64,000 nt of DNA, taken from NCBI GenBank assembly GCA_963833535.1, contig CAWHYC010000005.1, forward strand, positions 13,395 through 77,394. The letters are read 5' to 3'. Under the pieces are notes generated by a model, which made no database searches, was not told the DNA's origin, and was given only the letters and a program-made list of their open reading frames with translations. The stretch comes from an uncultured Chloroflexia bacterium (GTDB taxonomy: Bacteria; Chloroflexota; Limnocylindria; Limnocylindrales; CSP1-4). Positions 37,420-44,859 of the stretch are shown here, in pieces (positions within the stretch are counted from its first letter, which is position 1; each line of letters begins with the position of its first letter). A program made the translations under genes and the position numbers.

Positions 37420-39102
37420 GTGCCCGACTTTCCGCCCGGACCGCTCGACGCCGACCTCGAGGCGCTCGCCGCGTCGCGATTCGAGTCTCTCGTCGAGCGT
37501 CGACCGGTGGCCGCGACCTTCCTCGGCCGCCATGACCACGATGACCGACTGGGGGATATCTCAAGAGAGGCGGCCGAGGAGGACATCGCCCAAACGCGGG
37601 CGTACATCGCGTCGCTCGAGGCCTTCGACCCGGGGGGCCTCTCCGCGTCAGCCGCCTTCGAGCGCGACATCGCTCTTTGGCAGGCGCGCAAGGATCTCTT
37701 CACGGACGCCGACCTGCGGGCGTGGGAGCGTCGCCCGGCCGCGATCGACGAGATCGGCGACGGCCTCTTCGCACTCTTCGCGCGCGACTTCGCACCGCTC
37801 TCCGATCGACTCGAAGCGATCGCCGGTCGCCTCGAGGAGGCGCCGCGCGTGCTGGCGCAGCAACCTGACGTGCTGCGCGGCCAGCGTGTCGCTCGCTGGG
37901 ACCGCCTCGAGCTGGAGTCGTCGCGCCAGCTGCCGAGCTTCTTCGACGAGATCGCCGCTGCGGCAGGACGGACGTGGTCGGCGGGTGACGCTCGACAACG
38001 CCGCCTTCGTCTGGCGATCGCCAGCGCCCAAGACGCCCTGACGACCTACGAGGCGTGGCTGTCGTCGACCATCGATCCCGAGGGAGACGCCTTCGCCCTG
38101 GGCTCCGAACCCTATGACGAGCTGGTCGCGCTGCGCGCCTTCGATGGCCTGTCGACGGACGCGATCCTGGAGATCGGCGAGGCGCAGCTGGCCGAGCAGC
38201 GGGCGGCCCGGGCCGCGGTCGCGGCAGAGATCGATCCCGATGCGTCGGAGCCGGAGGTCCTGGCACGGGTCAAGGCCGACCATCCGGCGACCTTCGAGGA
38301 GGCCCTCGGGGAGTACCGCGTGGCGATGTTCCGCGCCCGTGACCACCTCGTCGAGCACGACCTGGTGACCATCCCCGAGGGGGAGCGCCTCGAGGTCATC
38401 GCCACGCCCGAGTACCTGCGCAACGTGATGCCGTTCGCGGCCTACTTCGATCCGCCGCGCTTCGACCGCGACCCGACCGGCGTCTACATCGTGACGCCGT
38501 CTGTCGACGGCGACCCGGCCGCGATGCGCGAGCACAACCGCGCCTCGATCAGCAACACCAGCATCCACGAGGCCTTTCCTGGCCACCATCTGCAGCTGAC
38601 CGCGGCGATCACCCATCCCAGCCTCATCCGGGCCATCGCCGACGCGCCAGAGTTCACCGAAGGCTGGGGCATGTACAGCGAGCAGGTCATGCGCGAGGAG
38701 GGCTTCGACGATGCGCCGCCCTTTCGGCTCATGCTCCACACCGACGCCATCTGGCGGGCCTGCCGGATCATCCTCGACGTCCGTCTCCATCGAGGCGAGA
38801 TCTCCGTCGCCGATGCCGTCGACTTCCTCATCCGCCACACGGGCTTCGAGCGCCCCAACGCCGTGGCGGAGGTCGAGCGCTATACCTCGACGCCGACCTA
38901 TCAGCTGAGCTACCTGCTGGGCAAGGTCATGATCCTGCGTCTGCGAGATGACGAACGACGTCGCCTCGGGGCGGCGTTCTCGCTCAAACGCTTCCACGAC
39001 GCGCTCATCTACGCCGGCAGCCTGCCGGTCAGCTTCCATCGCCGGTTGCTGGCTGGGGAGGGTCCCGGTCCGGCGGAGCCGCGGCCGCTGCCCGGTCGCT
39101 GA
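37420..39102 (+). CDS. DUF885-family protein
   Basis: GTG start after an AGGAGAG Shine-Dalgarno, 560 aa, with HEAFPGHHLQ and EGWGMYSE motifs typical of DUF885. Confidence 0.8.
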   Translation: MPDFPPGPLDADLEALAASRFESLVERRPVAATFLGRHDHDDRLGDISREAAEEDIAQTRAYIASLEAFDPGGLSASAAFERDIALWQARKDLFTDADLRAWERRPAAIDEIGDGLFALFARDFAPLSDRLEAIAGRLEEAPRVLAQQPDVLRGQRVARWDRLELESSRQLPSFFDEIAAAAGRTWSAGDARQRRLRLAIASAQDALTTYEAWLSSTIDPEGDAFALGSEPYDELVALRAFDGLSTDAILEIGEAQLAEQRAARAAVAAEIDPDASEPEVLARVKADHPATFEEALGEYRVAMFRARDHLVEHDLVTIPEGERLEVIATPEYLRNVMPFAAYFDPPRFDRDPTGVYIVTPSVDGDPAAMREHNRASISNTSIHEAFPGHHLQLTAAITHPSLIRAIADAPEFTEGWGMYSEQVMREEGFDDAPPFRLMLHTDAIWRACRIILDVRLHRGEISVADAVDFLIRHTGFERPNAVAEVERYTSTPTYQLSYLLGKVMILRLRDDERRRLGAAFSLKRFHDALIYAGSLPVSFHRRLLAGEGPGPAEPRPLPGR

Positions 39103-39118
39103 GGCCGAGCCGGGCGGC

Positions 39119-39824
39119 ATGCAGGTCATCCCGAGCATCGACCTCAAAGCCGGACGCTCTCGCCTCGTCTTCTGGCCCGGTGCGGCGACCGGCACCGGCA
39201 CGCCGACCGACCGACCCGAGCGCATCGCTCGTCACTTCGTGGAGCTCGGAGCACCGGCCATCCACCTGGTCGACCTCGACGGCGCCGCGGCGGGTCGACC
39301 GGTCAACACCGCGGCCGTGCAGGCCATCGCCCGGGCCGTGGCGACGCCGCTGCAGGTGGCCGGGGGCGTGGATGGCCCGGAGCAGATCGAGCTGGCATTC
39401 GCCGCCGGTGCCACGCGCGTCGTCCTGCCGCTGCTGGCGGTGGCTGAGGATCCGGAGCGCCTGGCGGCCTGCCTCCGGATCGCGGGCGATTGGCTGGCCG
39501 TCGGCCTCGACGCCCGGCCCGAGCGCTTCGCGGAGGTGGCCTGGAAGGGTGGCCGACGCGTGTCCCTCGAGACCCTCGTGGGCGAGCTGGCCGCGGCCGG
39601 TGTGCGTCGATTCGTGCTGAGCCATGGTGGCGCGCGAGCCCGACCTCGACCAGCTCGCCGACCTCATCGCGCGATCGGGCGCAGAATTCGTGCTCGCCGG
39701 TGGTGTCACGGACGTCGCTCGACTGGCGGGCATCCGGGACGCCGGCGTCCGAGCCATCCTCCTCGGCGAGGCATTGCTCGGCGGATCGATCGACTTCCAG
39801 GCCGCGCTGGCAGCGGCCGCCTGA
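39119..39824 (+). pseudogene. HisA/HisF-family (beta/alpha)8 barrel protein, one frame change, outside a his operon
   Basis: MQVIPSIDLKAGRS...IHLVDLDGA...PLQVAGGV is in ORF 38948..40504. The C-terminal part PDLDQLADLI...FVLAGGV...ILLGEALL is in ORF 39624..39824. The junction is near 39630. Confidence 0.6.
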
Positions 39825-39850
39825 ACCGACCGAATCACGACAGGAGACCG

Positions 39851-40504
39851 ATGATCATCGTCCGGCCCCGCACCATCGGGCTCCTCGCGGCCTCTGTCCT
39901 CGTCCTCGCCGCCTGCATCCCAGGCGCAGCGTCACCGAGCGTGACCGCGCCGCCCGTGGCGTCGGAAGTCGCTCCCGCTGGCAGCGCCACCGGCGACGGC
40001 CTGACGGCGACCATCGTGACCTCGATGGGCGACATCGTCATCGCCCTCAAGCCCGAGACGGCGCCCATCGCCACGGCCAATTTCGTGAAGCTGGCGGAGT
40101 CGGGCTACTACGACGGCGTCGCCTTCCATCGCCTGGTGCCTGGCTTCGTCATCCAGGGCGGCGACGGCATCTACGGCAAGGCCGACGCCTTCGACGCGGA
40201 GAAGGTCGGCACCGGCGGCCCCGGCTACACGATCAAGGACGAGCCGGTCGTCGGCGACTACATCCGCGGCAGCGTGTCGATGGCCCGTACGGCGGCGCCC
40301 GACTCGCAGGGCTCGCAGTTCTTCATCGCCCTCGAGGACCTGTCCGGCTCGCTGCCGAAGTCCGGTGGCTACGTGATCTTCGGCCAGGTCATCGAAGGCA
40401 TGGACGTCGTCGACGCCATCGGTGCCATGCCCAACTCGGGCGGCGACAGCAACACCGCCCTGGAGCCGGTACCCATGGAGAGCGTCACCATCACCGGCGG
40501 CTGA
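39851..40504 (+). CDS. Cyclophilin-type peptidyl-prolyl isomerase, lipoprotein
   Basis: 217 aa with an AGGAGA Shine-Dalgarno, a lipobox (LVLAAC) and cyclophilin motifs FHRLVPGFVIQGGD and SVSMARTAAPDSQGSQFFI. Confidence 0.85.
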   Translation: MIIVRPRTIGLLAASVLVLAACIPGAASPSVTAPPVASEVAPAGSATGDGLTATIVTSMGDIVIALKPETAPIATANFVKLAESGYYDGVAFHRLVPGFVIQGGDGIYGKADAFDAEKVGTGGPGYTIKDEPVVGDYIRGSVSMARTAAPDSQGSQFFIALEDLSGSLPKSGGYVIFGQVIEGMDVVDAIGAMPNSGGDSNTALEPVPMESVTITGG

Positions 40505-40610
40505 GCCGCGTCGACCGCCCCCGTCTGCCGAGCCCTGGGCGCGCTGCCCGTAACCCCCGAATCGCGGCTGGATGGTTGCGGAATATTAACCTTCGAGCCG
40601 ACCGAAACCC

Positions 40611-40639
40611 TTGAGGCCGAACGCGGCTCAAGGTAGACT
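40611..40639 (+). promoter_or_regulatory. Sigma-70-like promoter TTGAGG-17 nt-TAGACT
   Basis: Near-consensus hexamers with a 17-nt spacer in a lower-GC intergenic region. Confidence 0.5.
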
Positions 40640-40645
40640 CATCGT

Positions 40646-40823
40646 CGCTGATCACTCAGCACTGCTGCCCCAGACGCAAGGTCATGGGTAGGTTGGGTTA
40701 GGGTAGCCGGTGCAGCCGGCGTGATAGATGCCCTTGTGACGTGGCAGAAGATCGACGACTCGTTCGTCGGGCTTCAGCGGGACAGTAGAAGTGGCCCCTC
40801 TTCGGAGGGGCCACTTCGTTTGT
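40646..40823 (+). ncRNA. Candidate small non-coding RNA (about 175 nt), class unknown
   Basis: Bounded by the promoter at 40611-40639 and a canonical intrinsic terminator at 40790-40823. Only 3-5 codon ORFs lie inside. It contains the hairpin GCCGG-TGCAG-CCGGC and the G-rich tract GGGTAGGTTGGGTTAGGGTAG. Confidence 0.3.
40790..40823 (+). terminator. Intrinsic terminator
   Basis: 11-bp stem AGTGGCCCCTC / GAGGGGCCACT with a TTCG tetraloop, followed by TCGTTTGT. Confidence 0.65.
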
Positions 40824-40882
40824 CGCGCGAGACCCGCGCCGCGCCGATGTGGACGAGCGCCGGGCCGAAGGGAGGCCTCTGC

Positions 40883-40888
40883 TAGACT
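40883..40888 (+). promoter_or_regulatory. -10 box (TGcTAGACT) upstream of tRNA-Arg
   Basis: An extended -10-like TGCTAGACT 27 nt upstream of the mature tRNA 5' end. Confidence 0.4.
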
Positions 40889-40915
40889 CGCTGACCGTCG
40901 CACCGCGACGTCTTC

Positions 40916-40991
40916 GCGCTCGTAGCTCAGCGGATAGAGCGTCTGCCTCCGGAGCAGAAGGCCGTGGGTTCGAGTCCCGCCGAGCGCGCCA
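40916..40991 (+). tRNA. tRNA-Arg (CCG)
   Basis: GCGCTCGTAGCTCAGCGGATAGAGCGTCTGCCTCCGGAGCAGAAGGCCGTGGGTTCGAGTCCCGCCGAGCGCGCCA folds as a cloverleaf with anticodon loop CTCCGGA and an encoded CCA. Confidence 0.9.
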
Positions 40992-41287
40992 ACTCCTTCG
41001 GTCTTATCGTGCGGTTCTGAGCGGCTAGGTGTGTCGCGCGGGGTGCTCAGTTGGACTGCCACTGCGGGCGGAACTGCCCGTGCGGGCCGTGCTGCTGAAC
41101 CACGTCACACGACGCTGGCCTGACCGGTGTCCGCGGCACCGTAGGGGCCTGGACGAGAGGGTGATACTCCAACGATGCAGACGACGCGATCCCCACGACG
41201 CAGCCGCCGGCGCGTCCCGGGATATTCGCGATGCGATGACGACTGCGAGGCCATGGACGTGCGCCCGACCCCCGTCGACCATCTCGC

Positions 41288-42238
41288 TTGTGGAGCATCG
41301 CCGTGCCTACTCCGTTCCTATCGCGAGGTACCGTCCTCGCCCTGATCCTGGCCGCTGCCTGCTGGGGCGTCGGAACCGTCATCAGCAAACGCGCCATTGC
41401 GGAGATCCCTCCGCTCACGCTGTTGCCGATCCAGCTCGGTGCGAGCCTTGTCCTCCTCGCGATCCTGATGCGCGCACGCGGACTGGCGTTCCGTGACCCG
41501 GGCGCATCGCCCATCCTCAGCCGCCTCGGCATCCTGAACCCGGGGTTGGCCTACGCATTGAGCCTGCTCGGCTTGGTCACGATCACGGCCAGCCTCTCGG
41601 TGCTGCTCTGGGCCTTCGAACCGCTGCTCATCCTCGTTCTCGCGGCCTGGTTCCTGCACGAACGAGTGACACCGGCGCTCATCGGTCTGTCGCTCGTCGC
41701 GGTCACCGGCATGTTCCTGGTCATCTTTGAGCCAGGCAGCACCGGCAGCCCCATCGGGATCGTCCTCACGGTCGCCGGAGTCGCCTGCTGCGCGGTGTAC
41801 ACCGTCATCACCCGACGGTGGCTGCCGTCGGCGGACTCGACCGCACAGGTGGTTGTCGCCCAACAGGCGCATGCCCTCGGGTTCGCGTTCGTGCTCGTGT
41901 CGGCCGTCTGGGTCCTTGGCGGGGCCGTGGTCCCGACAGGCGTCAGTCCGACAGCCTGGGCGAGCGCCCTTGCATCAGGCATCTTGTATTACGGCCTCGC
42001 CTACTGGCTGTACCTGACCGGCCTCCGTCACGCGCCGGCCTCGATCGCGGCGGCGTCGTTCTACCTGATCCCGGTCTTTGGCGTTGCCGGCGGCTTCCTG
42101 CTCCTGGGCGAGCGCTTCGAGCCGATCCAGTGGGTCGGCGTCGCGATCGTTCTGGTCGCCATCGGCCTGATCCTCGGCCGAACCAGTGCCCCGGCGATGG
42201 CTGCCGTCGGCGCGGCTCAAGCGGTCGGTCGAAGGTAA
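41288..42238 (+). CDS. EamA/DMT-family transporter
   Basis: 316-aa ORF with ten hydrophobic segments and a duplicated EamA pattern. The start codon is uncertain. Confidence 0.75.
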   Translation: MWSIAVPTPFLSRGTVLALILAAACWGVGTVISKRAIAEIPPLTLLPIQLGASLVLLAILMRARGLAFRDPGASPILSRLGILNPGLAYALSLLGLVTITASLSVLLWAFEPLLILVLAAWFLHERVTPALIGLSLVAVTGMFLVIFEPGSTGSPIGIVLTVAGVACCAVYTVITRRWLPSADSTAQVVVAQQAHALGFAFVLVSAVWVLGGAVVPTGVSPTAWASALASGILYYGLAYWLYLTGLRHAPASIAAASFYLIPVFGVAGGFLLLGERFEPIQWVGVAIVLVAIGLILGRTSAPAMAAVGAAQAVGRR

Positions 42239-42861
42239 CGGTAGACGACGGCAGCGGCGATCGCACCGACCGGGGGGGCGACGAGGTAGATCCAGAGGTG
42301 CGAGAGGTTCCCACTGACGACCGCAGGCCCGATCGATCGGGCCGGGTTCATCGATGCGCCGCTGATCGGTCCGCCGACCAACGCTCCGACGGCGACGGCG
42401 GCGCCGATGGCGATCGCTGCCGCTTGACCTACCGCCCGGGTGTCTGTCGCGATCGCGACGATGACCAACATGAGGAAGGACGTCAGGAGAGCCTCCCAGA
42501 CGAACGCCTGCGCATCGCTGCCAGACGGTTGAGTGACCCCAAGAGGCACGTTGCCCAGGCTCAACCTCAAGACGAGCGCAGCGACGATCGCACCAGCGAC
42601 CTGGGCAGCCCAGTAGGGCAGCACTCGCCCGGCCGGGAAGTGGCGCCCCACGGCGAACGCCGCGGTCACTGCTGGGTTGAAGTGCGCGCCAGAGACATGT
42701 CCGAGCGCATAGATCATGGTCATGATGGCGAGGCCGAAGGCTGCGGCGACACCGGCATCGCCGAGCTGGTCGACCGCGATCGCTCCACAGCCGGCGAAGA
42801 CGAGAGCGAAGGTCCCGATCGCCTCCCCGACGAGAGCGGGCCCAAGGGACAGCGGCTTCAA
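42217..42861 (-). CDS. MIP-family channel, NIP-like (putative arsenite channel)
   Basis: 214-aa ORF with both NPA boxes in NIP-type contexts (HVSGAHFNPAVT and GPISGASMNPARSIGPA). Its start overlaps the upstream ArsC-fusion stop by 4 nt. Confidence 0.85.
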   Translation of the reverse strand: MKPLSLGPALVGEAIGTFALVFAGCGAIAVDQLGDAGVAAAFGLAIMTMIYALGHVSGAHFNPAVTAAFAVGRHFPAGRVLPYWAAQVAGAIVAALVLRLSLGNVPLGVTQPSGSDAQAFVWEALLTSFLMLVIVAIATDTRAVGQAAAIAIGAAVAVGALVGGPISGASMNPARSIGPAVVSGNLSHLWIYLVAPPVGAIAAAVVYRYLRPTA

Positions 42862-43700
42862 CCCGCGATAGAAGCTCGCCGGCCGCGGCCGGCCGCACGC
42901 AACGCGACCTCGACGAACAGCCGGATGCGCTGGTTGAGGTCGAAGTACGTGCGCTCGAAGGCGGCGAGGCGCTCGGCATCGGTACCGTCGACCTCAGCAG
43001 GATCCTCAAGGCCCCAATGGATGGGGTCGTTGGCACCGGGGAAGACCGGACACGACTGACGGGCTCGATCGCAGACGGTGACCACGTAGTCGAAGGGCTG
43101 GCCGACGAACTCGTTGACCGACTTGCTGCGTGCCGCGGACCAGTCGATGCCCGCATCGGCAAGCACGCGGATCGTGTATGGGTTCACGCCCCTGGGATCG
43201 GTGCCAGCCGAGTAGACCTCGAAGTCCGGGCCGCCCAAGCGCTTCAGGACGGCCTCTGCGATCTGACTTCGGGCGCTGTTGCCCGTGCACACGAAGAGCA
43301 CACGGATGGGGGCCTCAGACATTCGTCGTTCCTTCCTCCGCCCGCGCGTTCGCCCGGCAGCGGCGATGGTGGCTTCAAGGTCGATGAGTTCGCCGTCGAG
43401 GCGATCGAGGTCGACGCGCTGACGGGCTATCGCCGCCCGCTGCTCCCCGATAAGCGGCGCCAAGTCCCGATCGACTTCGCCCCGCTCGATGCACAGACGC
43501 GCCATCCGGCCGGCGTCCTGGGGGCCAAGACCCAGCCGCCTGAGGCTAACGACGATGCGCAACCGAGAGAGATCCTCCTCGGCATACTCGCGATAGCCGT
43601 TGAGCTGCCTGGTCGGTGGCGGCAGGATGCCGACGGACTCGTACCAGCGGACAGCCGATGGTGCGATGCCCGCTCGTTCCGCGACTTCCGACACCTTCAC
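42858..43700 (-). CDS. MerR-family HTH regulator fused in frame to LMW-PTP-type arsenate reductase (ArsC)
   Basis: aa 1-125: MerR HTH (MKVSEVAERAGIAPSAVRWYESVGILPPP...GYREY) plus a coiled-coil. aa ~127-280: ArsC with the P-loop CTGNSARS and the Cys pair in VTVCDRARQSCP. There is no stop between the two parts. GTG start. Confidence 0.8.
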   Translation of the reverse strand: MKVSEVAERAGIAPSAVRWYESVGILPPPTRQLNGYREYAEEDLSRLRIVVSLRRLGLGPQDAGRMARLCIERGEVDRDLAPLIGEQRAAIARQRVDLDRLDGELIDLEATIAAAGRTRGRRKERRMSEAPIRVLFVCTGNSARSQIAEAVLKRLGGPDFEVYSAGTDPRGVNPYTIRVLADAGIDWSAARSKSVNEFVGQPFDYVVTVCDRARQSCPVFPGANDPIHWGLEDPAEVDGTDAERLAAFERTYFDLNQRIRLFVEVALRAAGRGRRASIAG

Positions 43701-43707
43701 GAAGGTG

Positions 43708-43738
43708 AACGTACACCTTCAAGCCACTTAAAGGTCAA
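43708..43738 (-). promoter_or_regulatory. MerR-type promoter/operator: TTGACC-19 nt-TACGTT with a dyad in the spacer
   Basis: The minus strand reads CTTGACCTTTAAGTGGCTTGAAGGTGTACGTTcaccttcGTG. The dyad is ACCTTTAAG-tgg-CTTGAAGGT (8/9 symmetric). The -10 box lies 7 nt from the GTG, so the transcript is leaderless. Confidence 0.6.
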
Positions 43739-43862
43739 GTCGGACCTCAAGAACAGGTCGCAGGGAGCCTCTGGTTGGGACAGCAGGATCTTCGCGGGCG
43801 CACGATAACTCGATGGATACAGGTCAGGTCCCCACTCAGGCTGCCGCTATGCATAGACCCAG

Positions 43863-43911
43863 CTGCCTCCGGAGCAGAAGGTCGTGGGTTCGAGTCCCGC
43901 CGAGCGCGCCA
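43863..43911 (+). repeat. Partial tRNA-Arg copy (positions ~28-76), att-like direct repeat
   Basis: CTGCCTCCGGAGCAGAAGGTCGTGGGTTCGAGTCCCGCCGAGCGCGCCA matches 40943-40991 with one mismatch (C to T in the variable loop). No matching 5' acceptor half lies upstream. Confidence 0.85.
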
Positions 43912-43954
43912 TCCGACCGCCGCTGCTCGTGAGATCGGCGCCCGGTGGGCGGCG

Positions 43955-43960
43955 TACGAT
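43955..43960 (+). promoter_or_regulatory. -10 box (TACGAT) of a leaderless gene
   Basis: TACGAT, then 6 nt, then GTG 43967. Confidence 0.4.
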
Positions 43961-43966
43961 GCGATC

Positions 43967-44305
43967 GTGGGTTACGCGCGCGCCGACCGCTTCCGCATCG
44001 CGCTCTTGGCCGAGCGTGAGCGCCTGCTCCAGGAGATCGAGGACGCCCGACCCGAGGCGCCGGGCCAGATGACCTATGGCTCCCAGGCCGCCATGGCCAG
44101 CGAGGTCTTCGCGCAGCAGCGCGACCTCGCTCTTCGCGACCGAGCGAGCCGCCAGCTCGAGGCGGTCGATGCGGCGCTCGCTCGCCTGGACGCGGGCACC
44201 TTCGGCGTCTGTCGGTCGTGCGCACGCCCGATCCCCGAGGAACGCCTCGAGGCGCGCCCGTGGGCCCCGCTGTGCATCGATTGTCAGCGCCTCGAGGACC
44301 GCTGA
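43967..44305 (+). CDS. DksA/TraR-family C4 zinc-finger protein
   Basis: 112-aa reading from the GTG, with a coiled-coil region and CRSCARPIPEERLEARPWAPLCIDC. Confidence 0.75.
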   Translation: MGYARADRFRIALLAERERLLQEIEDARPEAPGQMTYGSQAAMASEVFAQQRDLALRDRASRQLEAVDAALARLDAGTFGVCRSCARPIPEERLEARPWAPLCIDCQRLEDR

Positions 44306-44391
44306 TCGGCATCGGGCTGCGCCGATGGGCGGCGGCTAGAATCGGGCCTTGAACCGACGCGGCCAGCCAGGCGGCGCGCCACGAGGAAGCC

Positions 44392-44775
44392 ATGGCCCAG
44401 CAGTTCATCGTCCAGCTGACCAACCACCCGGGCGCTCTGGCGTCCCTCTCCGAGGCGCTCGCCGCGCGCGACATCGACCTGCGCGCGATCGGCGGCGGCG
44501 GCATCGGGGACCTCGGCCACATCATCTTGACGACCGCCGATGACGACGGCACGCGGGCGGTCCTGACCGAAGGCGGCTACACCTTCATCGAGGGCGAGTC
44601 GATCCTGACCGAGGTCGACGATCGACCAGGCGGCATGGCTCGCGTCTCGCGGGCGCTGGCTGACGCCGGCGTCAATATCTACGGCCACCTCTTCCTGGGT
44701 CGCTGGGGCGATCGGGCGATGTTCGCCTTCGTCGTGGACGACGCCGAGAAGGCCCGCCCCATCCTCGAGCGCTGA
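44392..44775 (+). CDS. ACT-domain protein (two ACT-like repeats)
   Basis: 127-aa ORF with a GAGGAAG Shine-Dalgarno. LTNHPGALASLSEALAARDIDL and DDRPGGMARVSRALADAGVNI resemble ACT ligand-binding folds. Confidence 0.7.
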   Translation: MAQQFIVQLTNHPGALASLSEALAARDIDLRAIGGGGIGDLGHIILTTADDDGTRAVLTEGGYTFIEGESILTEVDDRPGGMARVSRALADAGVNIYGHLFLGRWGDRAMFAFVVDDAEKARPILER

Positions 44776-44859
44776 GAAGCTGCCCGTGGCGCTGACCCAC
44801 TGAGGGAGGCGACGGCGACGACCGGATCGGCGGCAGGGACCGGGTCCGACCCGGCTGCG

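Larger units (their letters stand above)
40992..43911. mobile_element. Putative integrase-less genomic islet bounded by tRNA-Arg and a 49-bp copy of its 3' half
   Basis: The att-like direct repeat is 40943-40991 versus 43863-43911 (48/49 identical). Cargo: a DMT transporter, a NIP-like aquaporin and a MerR-ArsC fusion. No recombinase ORF or remnant is seen. Confidence 0.35.

Noticed and set aside
40697-40717. GGGTAGGTTGGGTTAGGGTAG as a G-quadruplex or telomere-like repeat.
   Set aside because: It has only three clean GGG runs plus GG and is a single occurrence. It is noted within the sRNA candidate but is not enough to call a G4 element.
40682-41062. A 126-aa minus-strand ORF covering the tRNA-Arg gene and the candidate sRNA terminator.
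   Set aside because: It overlaps a tRNA on the opposite strand, has no Shine-Dalgarno or promoter, and has non-coding-like composition.
40992-41287. An integrase or excisionase remnant in the islet flank next to tRNA-Arg.
   Set aside because: Six-frame reading gives only Arg/Pro-rich nonsense with no recombinase-like R..H..R..Y context, so I cannot support a recombinase pseudogene.
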